Under the pieces are notes generated by a model that was given only the letters and a program-made list of their open reading frames with translations, did no database searches and was not told the origin of the DNA. Positions 26,004 to 39,232 of a stretch of DNA of 64,000 nt are shown in pieces. The stretch spans positions 16,150,335 through 16,214,334 of the forward strand of contig JASCQW010000132.1 in the NCBI GenBank assembly GCA_030264375.1, written 5' to 3'. Source of the DNA: Carcharhinus longimanus. Its lineage: Eukaryota. The first letter of the stretch is position 1, and the number at the start of each line of letters is the position of its first letter. The translations under genes were made by a program, and so were the position numbers.

Positions 26004-26070
26004 AAAGGTTCTTTATTAGTGTCACAAGTAGGCTTACATTAACACTGCAATGACGTTACTGTGAAAATCC
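26004..26070 (-). mobile_element. SINE tail-A fragment
   Basis: TTTATTAGTGTCACAAGTAGGCTTACATTAACACTGCAATG. Confidence 0.8.
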
Positions 26071-29000
26071 TTGTTTAAATACTGGCAAATCAAGTTAATC
26101 AAAAAAAAACTTGGCCTGTATTAAACGCTTTTAAATATTTCACGTGCGGGGAAAGGGCTAAACAGATAGCGTTTTGATTCCAATTATTTGGAAACTTCAA
26201 CTGGGGCCGGGGAAAGAAAGGGAAATAAGTTTCTTGGAGGAGCCAACTATACGGTGTACTGTTCTTTGTATTCAACATTGCAATCTTCCATATTTTATTG
26301 AAATATAAAACATCCAAAGCATTATCTAATATTCACACTATTTATATAATTACACTCATCTTAAATTTCCCTCTTTATCTCTGCAAACTTTTTTTTGGAA
26401 ATGTTCCCAACAACTTTCCAGATTAAACGGTTTGAAATTAAAGACTTGAAACGCGTGTATAATAAATTACACTTGTAAACATGCCGGAGAGTTTCTCCAA
26501 AGCTCTGGCTAATAGGTTTCATCGTCCTCTCCAGACCTTTTGTTTGGTCTGAAACAGGAAGCCCTGGTTATATGAATTTTCTATTTACACCGCGGGATAG
26601 TGTATAAGAGGTGACATTTGCCCTCCGAAAGATCAATACCTTTATTTCCTCTCCAAACGTCATTAAGTTCCATTCGCTTCTACCTGTCTCTACTAAATAC
26701 AGAGACTGGGAAACGTTACAGAAAATCTCAGACAAAAGAAGCTGTCAGAGCAGAGCATTTCCCAGCATTGACCTGGTATCAAATGCTAAAGAAGTAATCT
26801 GCATTTCTATTCTTGCTTAGCTTGTATGTGGAAGTAACGCCCAATGGTCACTGCCTTGATGAGCCTGGTCCTGTACAAGTGGGGAGCAACTGTGCCTCTC
26901 AGACACTGTGAATGGAGTCAGTGGCCAGGAGACTGGGGTGAAGGTCAAAGCTCCTGCCACAACTGCAGGTGGTTCGTTTCCTCCCGATCCCCCCACGCCT
27001 CTGGATAAAACTCTCAAAAACTCTTCCGAAGCATCTGTCGTCAAAACTATCGAGCTGACACTTTCCTAGCAAACCCGTTCTAACCAATCAAAACCTGCGA
27101 CGACGAACTTAAAATGGATTATCCCCAGTGACTTTACAATCAAGTATTGCAAATGGCGGTGGATTAAAAAAAATGTTTCGGCGAGAACCAGAGTGGGCCA
27201 GTTTAAATGTTCTTTATGGCATCTCGCACTTACAGAGAAGATGAGGCGTTGGTGTGGCGGGAGGGTGGGGGGTGGGGGGCGATGTACTGGGGGCGGGGAA
27301 GGGAAAGAGAGAAAATAGCAGGAAAGTATTTTTTTGGGTCTCAGTAGCTGTCCTCAACACAAAAGCGATCCCCTCCCCCCACAGTTATTTCACCCATACT
27401 TTTTAATGCTTCCTTGTCCAACTTGAATATGCAATGAAGCGCCAGTCTTTTGTGGCGGAAATATAATTAAACTGGTGAAAGATGTAAAAGTGAAGAATAG
27501 GGATGACATCAGGCCGATTTCACACTTGGCACTCGGATGGCCAGGACCAAGCCAGACTCTTGCCATGCAACACAGATCAAAGAACTGCCACCACCAAAAA
27601 GGGGAAGGGGGATTTAAGTATGCTAATCCCCAGGACAAATATATTTTAATCTTGTTAGAATACAAGTTAATGCTGCAGCTCAGAGGCTGAACTTTGTCAG
27701 ACTGTAGAGAACCACTTTGCTGCAGCTCTGATTGAGGTGGACCTCCTGGTTCAATGATATTGAATTTAGGTAATTTTACAAAATGGTCCTTCATACAGAT
27801 CGGACCAGTCTAAAGAAAGATACTCCCTCTCTTCCACCCAAAGCCTCAGCAGCTGTGTCACTGACCTTGCTAAGCTCCCCTGCCAAGGCGAATACGAGCA
27901 GAAGGAAATGAGCATTTATCTATCCAGTTTACAGATGGCAAACTGAGTCCATTCCACCAGTTTCACCTCGGGTCTTTGTACCAAGCACCAGGATCAATAG
28001 TCAGCAAATAATGTCTAGCACCCGCTTCGGCCAATGCGGACAGAAATATAACTATCATTATTCCAAATACATCCAAGAAACAGAGAAAAGTGGCGAAGAA
28101 AATTTGAGTGGGTGGCGGGGAAAGTTGTAGTTATAGCCTAAGGAAGCAATCTATTTCTAATATAGAATCCCATTTGTATGGTATCAAATATGCATTTTCG
28201 GAATATATTCAAGAACTTGTATCAGCAAACTCGTGATAAGGAGCTGTTTTAACAACACAAATGCCCTCCGTTCAAAACTTGCAAAGCATCAGCTCTCAAA
28301 TTCACCAGATATATTTGCAGCAGATTTTTTTACCAGTAGCACATTATGAGAATGTCGTTTTTAATTCGAAAGAAAACACAAATGTAACAACAAATATTTA
28401 GTTCCTCATAAACGCTCAAATATTTAGAGAATGGAAGTGTGTTCCTGGACCATGATCCACAATCCCATCAAAAAAAACCATTGGAGGCCACTTAAAATGA
28501 AAAACAAAACCCGAATGCTTAATTCTTAATGACCACAAACGGATAGTGCTGGTCCTCACATAAAGCTCGTTTGCAAAGGAAAAAAAATCCTAGTGGTCAA
28601 ACACGCGTTTAAAAGGGGCATCATGAACAAAAATTCCCACGAGTTTACATTTCCCAGCAGGACTCTGCATTGAATTACAAGTATGTGCCCTCCGCGAAAA
28701 AAAACACTGCAGGACCTTCACACTATTAATGGAGCCGTGTACAATTCGAAATGTAAACGGGGTAGGCAAAGTGTTAATACTCCGTCGTCTTTATCAGTAA
28801 AGAGATGAAGTGTTTCAAAGTATCTGCATCATATACATTTACTTACTTAGGTCGTCAGCTGAACTGGCCGTTTTATCAGTTTCCACTTTCTCCGGTGATT
28901 TCAAAATTCGAAAGTTCCTGTTTAAACTGGACATTCTCTAAGACTTTGACCTCATGACCACAGATTATGTGTCAATTTCAGCATTATAAAGAAACAATTA

Positions 29001-29749
29001 TGGAGCCAATGACAGCAGCTCCACGTTTTAAGGGGTCTTTGGTTTCACGAGGTAACAATGAAATTTACTTGTAGAGCCGCTAAAAAGTCATCGATTTGAA
29101 CATAAAAAACACATTTGCTGACACTTGCACATTGTCTTCCTTTTATTCTAATTCACTGAACAATGCAGTTTAAAAAAAACATGTCCGCTCAAGATGTGTG
29201 CATCATTGAAAACAGATCAAATCTGAGGGAAAGTTTCCTAGTAAAACATGTGATGTTTGAAAATCAGCTATCAATTAGGAAAAATTGTGGAAGAAAAGTT
29301 GAAAAGCAGCAGGAGTTGAAAGAAGGCAGTTTCTTCTGTACCGCGATAAAAGTGTTGGAATAAACATCAACATGTTGAAGCCTTAAGAATGATTTCGTGC
29401 TAAATGGATTATAAACACGGTGCAGATTTTAATTAGATTCCGTCTGATACTGTATCACAAAAAAGGCTTACAAATTAGTACAAATTAAGATAAACTGGAG
29501 CTAAGACAATGGAGGATTTTTAATTGAAAGATGAACATTTATATTTCATTGTGCAGATAAAAAGGATTGCTACACAGACTGATGCGGTATTCATTGTGGC
29601 TTAACAGAATTCTTTAATGTTGGGTAGGGACATCAAATGAAAACGCTGCAATGGGAGCGGGAACCTCAAACCCAGTTTAAGAGTTTGTAGAACAATCTGA
29701 GGGTAACATAAAAGTTACATTTTGGAAGATAGTTGGACAATTTAATTCT

Positions 29750-29905
29750 TTTATTGTTGAATTCACGTTCAAAAATTCCATCCCAATAATTAACTTAAAA
29801 TGAAAACAAATCAACCAATCTGGAATAATTTTATTTGAAAGCATAGATTATAAAATTGAAAATAAACTACTCCCCTCTTCAAAACAAATAATTGTACACT
29901 TTATT
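29750..29905 (-). terminator. Cluster of candidate cnpy1 polyadenylation signals
   Basis: TTTATT on + (AATAAA on -) at 29900, 29830 and 29750, about 330-480 nt past the stop. Confidence 0.45.
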
Positions 29906-30235
29906 TGATCAAAAAGAGGGGAACACTCGCAAGTGTTATTTTCTGGTTTTGGTATCAAGTTAAAATCTTCCGGAAGGTAGCTATTAATTTAATCCACATG
30001 ATTCGGTTATAAAAAAATTTCTTTAATAAATTGTGGATAATATGGAAACATGAGAACAGATCAAGATGATCGCAGGATACAGTCATAATGAAAATATCCA
30101 AACTAATGGTTTTCTTGAAGAGAGGATAACAAATTCAGAGCAGCAATCCTGGTCCAGTGTAAATTTACCAGATGTTGATGCTATCCCTTTATAATTCTTC
30201 TGTTCCAACTCCATATGCACCAGTTCTGTGCTGGA

Positions 30236-30279
30236 TTATAGATCAGAGCGAGGAGTTTGGCTGGGTGGATCACACATCT
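30236..30279 (-). CDS. cnpy1: cnpy1 terminal coding exon
   Basis: TTATCTTGTCCCCCGAATCAG| acceptor. The phase-1 join gives (E)MCDPPSQTPRSDL-stop, supplying the last saposin Cys and a KDEL-like ending. Confidence 0.8.
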
Positions 30280-32143
30280 CTGATTCGGGGGACAAGATAA
30301 ATCAATAAATAGATAAATGTTTCAAGTTCTTGCTTTTGTTCATAAATATTCCACCAACTAGTGATACTTTTAATAGCTAAACTATTGTAACAGGTTAAGT
30401 TGATTTGAACAATATGCCTATTTAATTAAAAAAGGAATAAACCACTAGCAATGCATTCCTTCAACTTAGGCAAAAAGGGCAAATGTAGCTGAATAATGTC
30501 TTGCATTACGAAGTGGTCTTTCCAAATGTCACATCTTTGATTACTTTTCCACATGTCTAAAATTAGATTCCTTTGTTTGAACCTGAGGAAGCTTTCGCAA
30601 GATAGTTGAGTAAGCCAGAGCGAAAAGTTCATTCAAAAAGCCACACTGGAAACAGTGGAACAAACACTTCCAACCACCTGTTAGGACCATTCCAAAATTC
30701 AACATCTGTTGATACCATTTAAAGAAATAATTCACAATACTTAACATATTATAGTGATGCAAACAGACCATCCTATTCAGTACCTGTACAATATCTCAAA
30801 AGTAATTAAAAATATCCACAGATTTCAAAGCTAATTGGTACTCGTACATATATGTTTTATTTGCCGTGCAGTCTTACTTTTAACATCAGCATTGATTTTT
30901 TGTATGGAATATGTTGGGCAATCAAAACTATTATTTTAATTTAAAGAAGTTGTAAACTCTACCAAATATTCCCAAATCAAAGTTGGTGGATGTCTGTCTG
31001 GAGTTTAAAATAGATATTATTAAAGGAAAATAAGTAGAGTTCCATCTATGTGGGCTATGACAGGACACTGCAGTACTATGATTGCTTACAAGCTTGGTAA
31101 ATATACAAGACTCAAAATAAACTTAAGGTTTACCACATAGTAACATTTACTGAAACAGACAGGAGGCTGACCCAAGAGATTGATTTTTTATGAAATGGAG
31201 ATCTTATCAGATACCTCTAAGATACCTATTTGTATTACTAACTAATATAAAATTAACCTCACTGAGGCAACAGTTCAATGCAATTTTTGGGATTCTGAAC
31301 TTCAAAAGAGAATCACTCATTTCAATGACACCTGTACCTTTTTTTGGGATCACAGTTCACTATAATTTATGGAAAAATACATATCAATTTCCCTCCTCAT
31401 TTATATAAATTTGATTAGAAACCCTAACAATACATGAGTAATCAGAGGTATTTTGCAGGAGAACTCAATCCTTACAAGCTTTATTACTTTATCTCTAAGT
31501 TTATTGTTGCCTATTTTGGTGAGCTCAGCTGCAAAACACACAACTACATTCTAAAGGTAGTTTAGATCTGGAAGGCAATATAAGCACGGTTTGAAATAAA
31601 ACAGCAGCACTAGTGAGACATTTGAGAAGCACATTCGAGAACTAGCTATTGTCACAACTATTAACACACATCAAGCAAAACTGCTGAAATTAAAGGCTTT
31701 GCAGCTTTTTGACTGTTTTGAAATGAACATGACGATACATCACCTTTTCATTACCAGCACAATGGATGGAAAAAAATATTAGTTATTAACGATGGACTCT
31801 AATCAAAAGAAAATTGAGATTTTAGCCACTTATTCCCTAAAGAATCTCATTTCAGCCAAGGGGATTTTCAGTAGGCAGCTTTTCTGAATACTAATGGGAA
31901 CCAGTCACAAACAGTGGGATAGACTTAGCTAAACATACAGTATATCTGTATATCTTCTGAACTGATGTAAGCATCAATAATTAAGCAAAAGTCCAATTTG
32001 GCTAATGGTAGCTTGACAGAAGAAACTTCTACATTAAAGTAATGACCTGCGCTATTTTCATTAGATTAAACATTCCTACCGTCTCCACCCCCACAACCCT
32101 CCCCACCCCAGGGCATCAATGTGGCATAGCAACAAGAAACTCA

Positions 32144-32281
<138 letters not shown>

Positions 32282-32632
32282 TCAGAATAAAAAAAGGAGG
32301 GTGTTGAAGTACGGAACGGTCAAAATGAGTAATCATCATTGCTATGTAGCACATACAACTCTAGGTGTTTCTTTGTTGCCTGCTGCCATTTTCTATTCCC
32401 TATATTTCACCAACATGGCACAAACCATCTTGCAAATATTTTCACAGTTGAACAACAGAAGATTAAACTACAAAATGTGATCGTCATCTAACTATCGCCA
32501 TTCTATGACCGTGGATTTTTCAGCTCCTTTTTGATGAATTACAGTAGCATCATTTTTAATGACGGTTTCATGAGCTGAAGTGCTAGTGCCCTCTACTGTA
32601 AAGGCTGTCCGAACACATTGTAAAAGCCTTAC

Positions 32633-32839
32633 CACAAACTTTAGCGATTTTGACTTTTCAGGATCAAACTTGAAATTCTTAAAATCTACCGAACCCAGTT
32701 TCTCAGAATCCCTCGGAGCAAATCGCATATATGTCTTCTTCTGGGTCTCTGGATCCTCATACAGTGCATAATCATCCATGTTTGAACAGATAGTTTCAAA
32801 GAGTTCAAGTAGATGGGTCTCTGACCTAGCGTATGGAAT
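32633..32839 (-). CDS. cnpy1: Canopy FGF signaling regulator 1, internal coding exon
   Basis: TTTTTCTGCAG| acceptor and |GTAAGG donor, 207 nt, phase 0-0. Encodes IPYARSETHLLELFETICSNMDDYALYEDPETQKKTYMRFAPRDSEKLGSVDFKNFKFDPEKSKSLKFV, matching the Canopy saposin-like PYARSE motif and the CNPY1-type RFAPR. Confidence 0.95.
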
Positions 32840-35800
32840 CTGCAGAAAAACAGAGCAACACGTGAACAATGCTGCAACATTACATTATGCATGCTGTTAA
32901 AAAATAAGAAATCTCAAACTAACTGAATGGCAGTTTTAAGACTTAAGATTTACAATGTAACTCTTGGGTCTGAAAAAAAAAGTCCTAGCATTCGCTTTTA
33001 TCCATTTTGTTCATTTCAAATAGATTTTCTATATTGTGGATACCAACAAATTTGGCAAAACAAAACTTAATTTTAGGAAATTAAGTCAGGGAAGCAACAC
33101 ATCCAGTTTACTCAATGACTGGTCAATCCAGGCGTTGTTCGTTTGCCTGCCAGCAGCTGCTTAATCCTCGTTCAGGATTCAGAGGGGAAGGCAAGGCCCA
33201 AAAGTCAATCAGGTCTACAGTCTCAGTTTTCAATTCCTGGAATAATAGTTGCTGGATTGTCTCATCTCCTCCCCCCTTCACCAAATTCAAGAAAACTCCA
33301 GTCAACACCTATACTCCTAGAGTGAATCACCACAAAGAGTGCACAAGAGGTCAAAATAGCCCTTTGCCTTGGTAACTGGACAAAAAGTTTTAACTGTCTA
33401 GACAGGTCAAGGTGCAAAATGTGCCCCGTTGCTTTCTCCGGAAGAATTTCAATTGAAGCCAAGTACAGGGTAAACAGCAGAGATACATCCGCAGGCCTAC
33501 GCGAGTCCCTCCCTCCACCCTCTACTGATCAAAGTAGGAAGTTTGCATGACAACCGCAGTCAAAGGGCTGAATCGCTGATGAACTCGATTTCAGCAATGT
33601 AGATATGGCCAGATTCCATTGTCTCCTTTCAGACACAGTATGGCCCCTTCCGGTCCCAGTGATTACATTATGGATGCATTTTCACATAAGCAGTTCATTC
33701 ACACAAAAGGTTTCTCCTTGCTTCACTGCCATCTGATCACAAAGCAAATACATCAGTGCCTAAACATTAAAATAAGTGATTTACTGACTGCCTTGCTAGC
33801 TCAGATGCTCCTTCCATTTTACTGGGTTGATGATTATTTTAGCAGAATGAAGCAACTTATCTTTATTGAATGCTGTTGGCAAAATCTACCCTTCGATCGA
33901 GGTTTTTGGTAAAGTGCGGGGAAACTACGTGCACATCTAGACATTTTATGTTACATCTGCATAAAACAACATTGTGGCCAACACTATGGATAGCGCCAAA
34001 TTCTCTAGTGGCTTTTGTAACAAATCAATGGAACTAAACACCATTTAGCTGGGGTGGAAAAATAATGCTTTTCTCCAACATAGTTGCAGAAGTTTAAATG
34101 CATCATGTTCATAAAAACATTTCTTGGTGTGACAGAGGGGAGGGGAAAGAAAAACACACATACATTGCCCTCTGCCAGTCGAAAAGATGTTTGAGATACT
34201 GCCCTGCAAATTGCGGCTGCCATTGAAATGAGAATGAAGAGACTGCCATTATTAAAATGTGATGGAAGAGAGTCACAATCAATTTTGCCTGTCTGCTTGG
34301 ACAAAAGTTTCTTATCTTACTAAAAAATAAGACTGATGTTCTGCAAGGAGGCGATAAAGGTGAAGTGCTTTGGATTTTTCCAGTGTTGAGGCACAAAAGA
34401 GAGGATTCCCACCTTCAGGATAACAAAAGCATTTAAAAAAATATAAAGATAGCCAAACCGCTAGTGAAAATGCATATGTACACAATTCTACAAAACACTG
34501 CTTAATCCCAATAGATATATGATAAAAACACAATAATGACTGCCTGGAACATAACCAGGAGTCTAGAACTTGGGGGGGAAAAAATCTAAATATTTCTTGC
34601 TTGCCAGATGGACACAAATCACTTAAATTTCATCCATTTAGATTCAGAAACCTGTTCTTTGAAATTTCAATTTTATTTTCATGATCACTATCTATCACCC
34701 AGGGTTGGGTACATGACTTAGGAAATATGTAAGCCTCAGATGTTTTGTATCAATGCATTTTTAAGTTAGATATCAAAATAAAATGATGCTCCACTGAGGG
34801 GAATAAATTACCTAAAAAGGTAGCACTACAAATGCATGACTAAAATTATTTCTTCATATGCGGAATTCAAAGAATCATTTTGAGATAGCATACAGATGTA
34901 TTGTGATTGTAAGATTTTAGCATCAGTTTCAATCTAAAACAAACATTTCACTGATTTTCCGCTGAACATTATAAGATACTTGTAAGTTAATTACTAGCCT
35001 ATATCATGTATTACAAGTTCATTTGTTTGAATATAACTGGCTTGTACTTTGGGTAGACAATCACATTTGTTCTAAAATTGCTGCTTTTTTAAAACGCTGA
35101 AAGTATCCAATTCAAATTTGCTAACTGCTTCAGTCAAAAGAAATAATGGCTAACCTGATGGAAGTGTTCTTTAAACTTAAGACTGCATTTAATTTAGTAC
35201 GTTTAAGCACACTCAAATACGCTTTTGTGGATGTGCAACCTTGTACATCCATATATAAACTTCACAAAAATTTGTATTACTCTACTAAACATAATTGAAA
35301 CACAGAAGTGTGAAAATTGGATGGAAGAATTAATGCCGTTTACACCATCAAACAAATCTTATCAATGCTTTGAAATATGAGCCCAGTGAGGGCCAAACAA
35401 ATCAAAAACATATTGCCCATGGTTTACATAGTAACTGTCAGATGTCAGTCTTCAGCCTCGAGCCACCTTTTAATGAAACCCCTCAAGTCATTTCTTTTAA
35501 ACTGAAGGTGAACAATAAAATTCCACAGAGTATACTTGACAATTATTCAGTGAGTAAGCTTTAATATTGGTCACAGAGGATCATGGGAACATGGCCTCTG
35601 TAACTTAGTCAAGTAAAAACAACTGCTATACTAATCTATGCCACTTACGCAAAAACCCACACAAAACCAAAGAAAAATATTCAAGCTTGAGAAGGTGAGT
35701 ATCTAACATGTATGCAGTTTCTCATCAAAGGTGTAATGACAATCTGCAGCTTAAAAAAAACAAATGAACAATCAGTGTGCCTACACAGAGCAAAATGAGA

Positions 35801-36103
35801 TCAACATAAAGAGCATTTACAAAGGTCACATTTTATCTTCAAACTGTGGATTTAAGTTTTGGGTGAGTAGAGGCTAAATATTCAGACAATGAATACTCCA
35901 TTATGAATGAAGTAAAATGGAATTTTATATCAAACTCCACTGAACTTATCGTAGGACCAAGGTCTTCTTCAGCAGATACATTTTTTTGTGGTAATAGCGC
36001 AAAATATGACAATGGAGAGTTTTCTTTTAAAAAGAGACCATTGCATAAAAAGTTTTACTCAAATCATTTTGTGCAGTTGTAGTAGTTATATAATTTATTT
36101 ATT

Positions 36104-36373
36104 AAAGTTTATTTATTGATTAGCGTCACAAGTAGGCTTACAGTAACACTGCAATGAAGTGACTGTCAAAATCCCCAAGTCTCCACACTCCAGCACCTGT
36201 TCGGGTACATTGAGGGAGAATTTAGCATGGCCAATGTACCTAACCAGCACGTCTTTTGGACTATGGGAGGAAACAGAGTACCCGGAGGAAACCCACACAG
36301 ACAATGACCCAAGCGGGAATCAAACCCAGGCCCCCTGCATTGTGAAGCAGCAGGGCTAACCACTGTGCCACCG
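36104..36373 (-). mobile_element. HE1/V-SINE-like, tail A
   Basis: Reverse-complement homolog of 1075-1370. Confidence 0.88.
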
Positions 36374-36419
36374 CAGTACTTGGACAGAGAGAGTATGAGG
36401 AGATAGGCACTAAATTAAA

Positions 36420-38700
36420 ATGCAGAATGTCAAAGGTTTTCTGGGTTATTACCTTAGCCATGTGCAAAATGGTATAGGGCAAATAAGATTAAAGAAATGA
36501 ATGCATAGGTTAAAGACTGGTGTGGGAGAAGTGGATTCTAGTTCTTGGGGCATTGACGCTAGTTTGATAAAGTGGAATCTTGTCTACACCTGAACTATGG
36601 TGGAACTGCTGTTCTAGTGAGCTGCAATTAGGGACGTACAGAAGGTCTCAAACTAACTATTGGGGGCAATGTGACCAAATTTGGAAGATGTGGTAAACGA
36701 AAGAGTAGAAACAAGGCAAGAGAAAAAGGTATTAATATGGGAAATGATTAACAGAATGTGACAGGAAATGATTGCGAGTAGAAATCTTGGAAAAGCAGTC
36801 AAGGCTAGAGGTTACAAAAATAATAAAAGAGACAACAGTGTAAGCTCTGTATCTGAATGCACACAGCATTCAAAACAAAACAGATGAACTGATAGCACAA
36901 ATAGAAATAAATAAGTATGATCTGATAGCCATTACAGAGGCATGGCTGCACAATGACATCAAATGAGGAATACAAATTGATCCAAAAAAAAAAAGACTTG
37001 AGGACTGGGAGCAGTTTAGTATTCATCAAAGGAAGACCAAGAGATTGATTAGAAGAGGAAAATTGATAACAAATGTAAACTTGCAGGGAACATATAAACC
37101 GACTGTAAGAGTCTCCATAGGCGCATGAAAAAAAAGATTGAAGAAAACAAATGTAGGTCCATTACAGTCAGAAACAGGGGATTTTATAATAGCAAACCAA
37201 AAAAAAAATGGCTGACCAACTAAATACATAGTTTGGTTCTGTCTTCACAAAGAAGGACACAAATAACATACCAGAAATGTTCGGAACACAGGTTTAGTGA
37301 GAGGGAGGAACTGAAGGAAATCAGTATTAGCAGAGAAATGGCATTGGGATAATTTATGGGATTGAAGGCCAATAAATCTCCAGGGCCTGATAATCTACAT
37401 CCCATTGTATTTAAGGAAGTGGCCTTTGAAATAGTGGATGCATTGGCGGTCACCTAAGATTCTATAGATTCTGGAGCAGCTCCTACAGATTGGAAGGTAG
37501 TTCATGAAGCCGCACTACTTAAAAAGGGAGGTCAAGAGAAAACAGGGAATCATAGACCAGTCATCTTGATATTGGTAATGGGGAAAATTCTAGAGTCCCC
37601 TATCAAAGATATTTTGGGGAGCATTTGGAAAACAGTAGTAGAATCGAACAGAGTCAGCATGGATTTATGAAATCATGCTCAACAAATCTGTTAGAATTCT
37701 TTGAGGATATAACTAGTAGAGTTGATGAGGGGGAGCCAGTAGATGTGATTTATTTGGACTTTCAGAAGGTTTTTGACAGAGAGAGATTAGCATGTAAAAT
37801 TAGAGTGCATGGAATTGGGGGTAGCCTATTGAGATGGATAGAAAACTGGTTAGCAGGCAGGGAACAAAAAGTAGGAATAAACAAGTCTTTTTTCAAATGG
37901 CAGGCAGTGGTGTACCACAGGAATCATTACTACAATCCCAGCTATTTACAATGTATATTAGTTATTTAGATGTGGGAACTAAATGTAATATCTCCAAATT
38001 TGCAGATGGGTGAACTGTGAGGATGCCTCAGTGTGATCTGGACAAGCTGAGCAAGTGGGCAAATGCAGTATAATGTGGATAAATATGAGATTACCCCATT
38101 TGGTAGCAAAAACAGGAAAGCAGATTATTATCTGAACGACTATAAATTAATTCATGGGAATGTGCGATGAGATCTGGGAGTTCTTGTACACCAGTTGCTG
38201 AAAGTAAGCATATAAATACAGCAGACAGTATAGAAGGCAAATAGTATGTTTGCCTTCATAGTAAGAGGATTGGAGAACAGAAGTAGGCATGTCTTGGTGC
38301 AATTTGCAGGGCCTTGGTGAGGCCACACATGGAATATATTGTGCAGTTGTGGTCTCCTTACTCGAGGAAGGATGATCTTGCTATAAAAGGAGTGCAGCAA
38401 AGGTTTACTAGACTAATTTCTGGGATGGTAGGACTGACGTATGAGAAGAGTTTGCTGGACTTCAGATAAATGCGGGGGATCTCAGAAATCTAAAAAATAC
38501 TAACAGGACGAGACAGGGTAGATTCAGGAAGGATGTTCCCAATGGTGGGGGTGTCCAGAATCAGTGGGTCTTAGTCTGAGGATAAGTGGTAAATCTTTCA
38601 GAGCTGAGATGAGGAGCAACCTCTCTGGACGAGCCTGTGGAATTTGCTACCACGTAAAGCGGTTGAGGCAAAAACATTGTATGTTTTCCAGAAGGAGCTA
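36420..38700 (+). mobile_element. Decayed CR1-like LINE(s): ORF1 remnant, AP-endonuclease start and RT
   Basis: LYLNAHSIQNKTDELIAQIEINKYDLIAITE near 36845, PGPDNLHP near 37380, SQHGFMKSCSTNLLEFFEDITSRVDEGEPVDVIYLDFQKVFD at 37652-37777. Multiple frameshifts. Confidence 0.9.
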
Positions 38701-38826
38701 AAAGCAAATTACTGCAGATGCTGGAATCTGAAACCAAAAGAGAAAATGCTGGAAAATCTCAGCAGGTCTGGCAGCATCTGTATGGAAAGAAAAGAGGTGA
38801 CATTTCAGTCCTGATGACCCTTTGTC
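38700..38826. mobile_element. Penelope-derived element, single arm
   Basis: Homologous to the 11605 and 12315 arms. Confidence 0.75.
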
Positions 38827-39232
38827 CCAGGCAGCACATTCCAGACCATCACCACCATCTGGGTGAAAAAGATTTTCCTCAAATCCCCGCTAACCTTCCT
38901 GCCTCTCCCCTTGAACTTGTATCCCCTCGTGACTGACCCTTCAACTAAGGGAATCAACTGCTCCCTAGCCACTCTATCCCTCATTATCTTATACACCTCG
39001 ATCAGGTCGCCCCTTAGTCTTCTCTGCTCCAACAAAAACAACCCAAACCTATCCAACTCTTTTCACAACTTAAATGTTTTATCCCAGGCAATATTCTGGT
39101 TAATCTTCACTGCACCCCCTCCAGTGTAGTCACATCTTTCCTATAACGTGGCGATCAGAACTGCACAGTACTCTAGCCGTGGCCTGACCAAATTTCAATA
39201 CAACTCAAACATGACTTCCCTGCTTTTGTAAT
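38827..39232 (-). mobile_element. CR1-like LINE ORF2 C-terminal fragment
   Basis: GLFLLEQRRLRGDLIEVYKIM...TRGYKFK motif. Confidence 0.88.
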
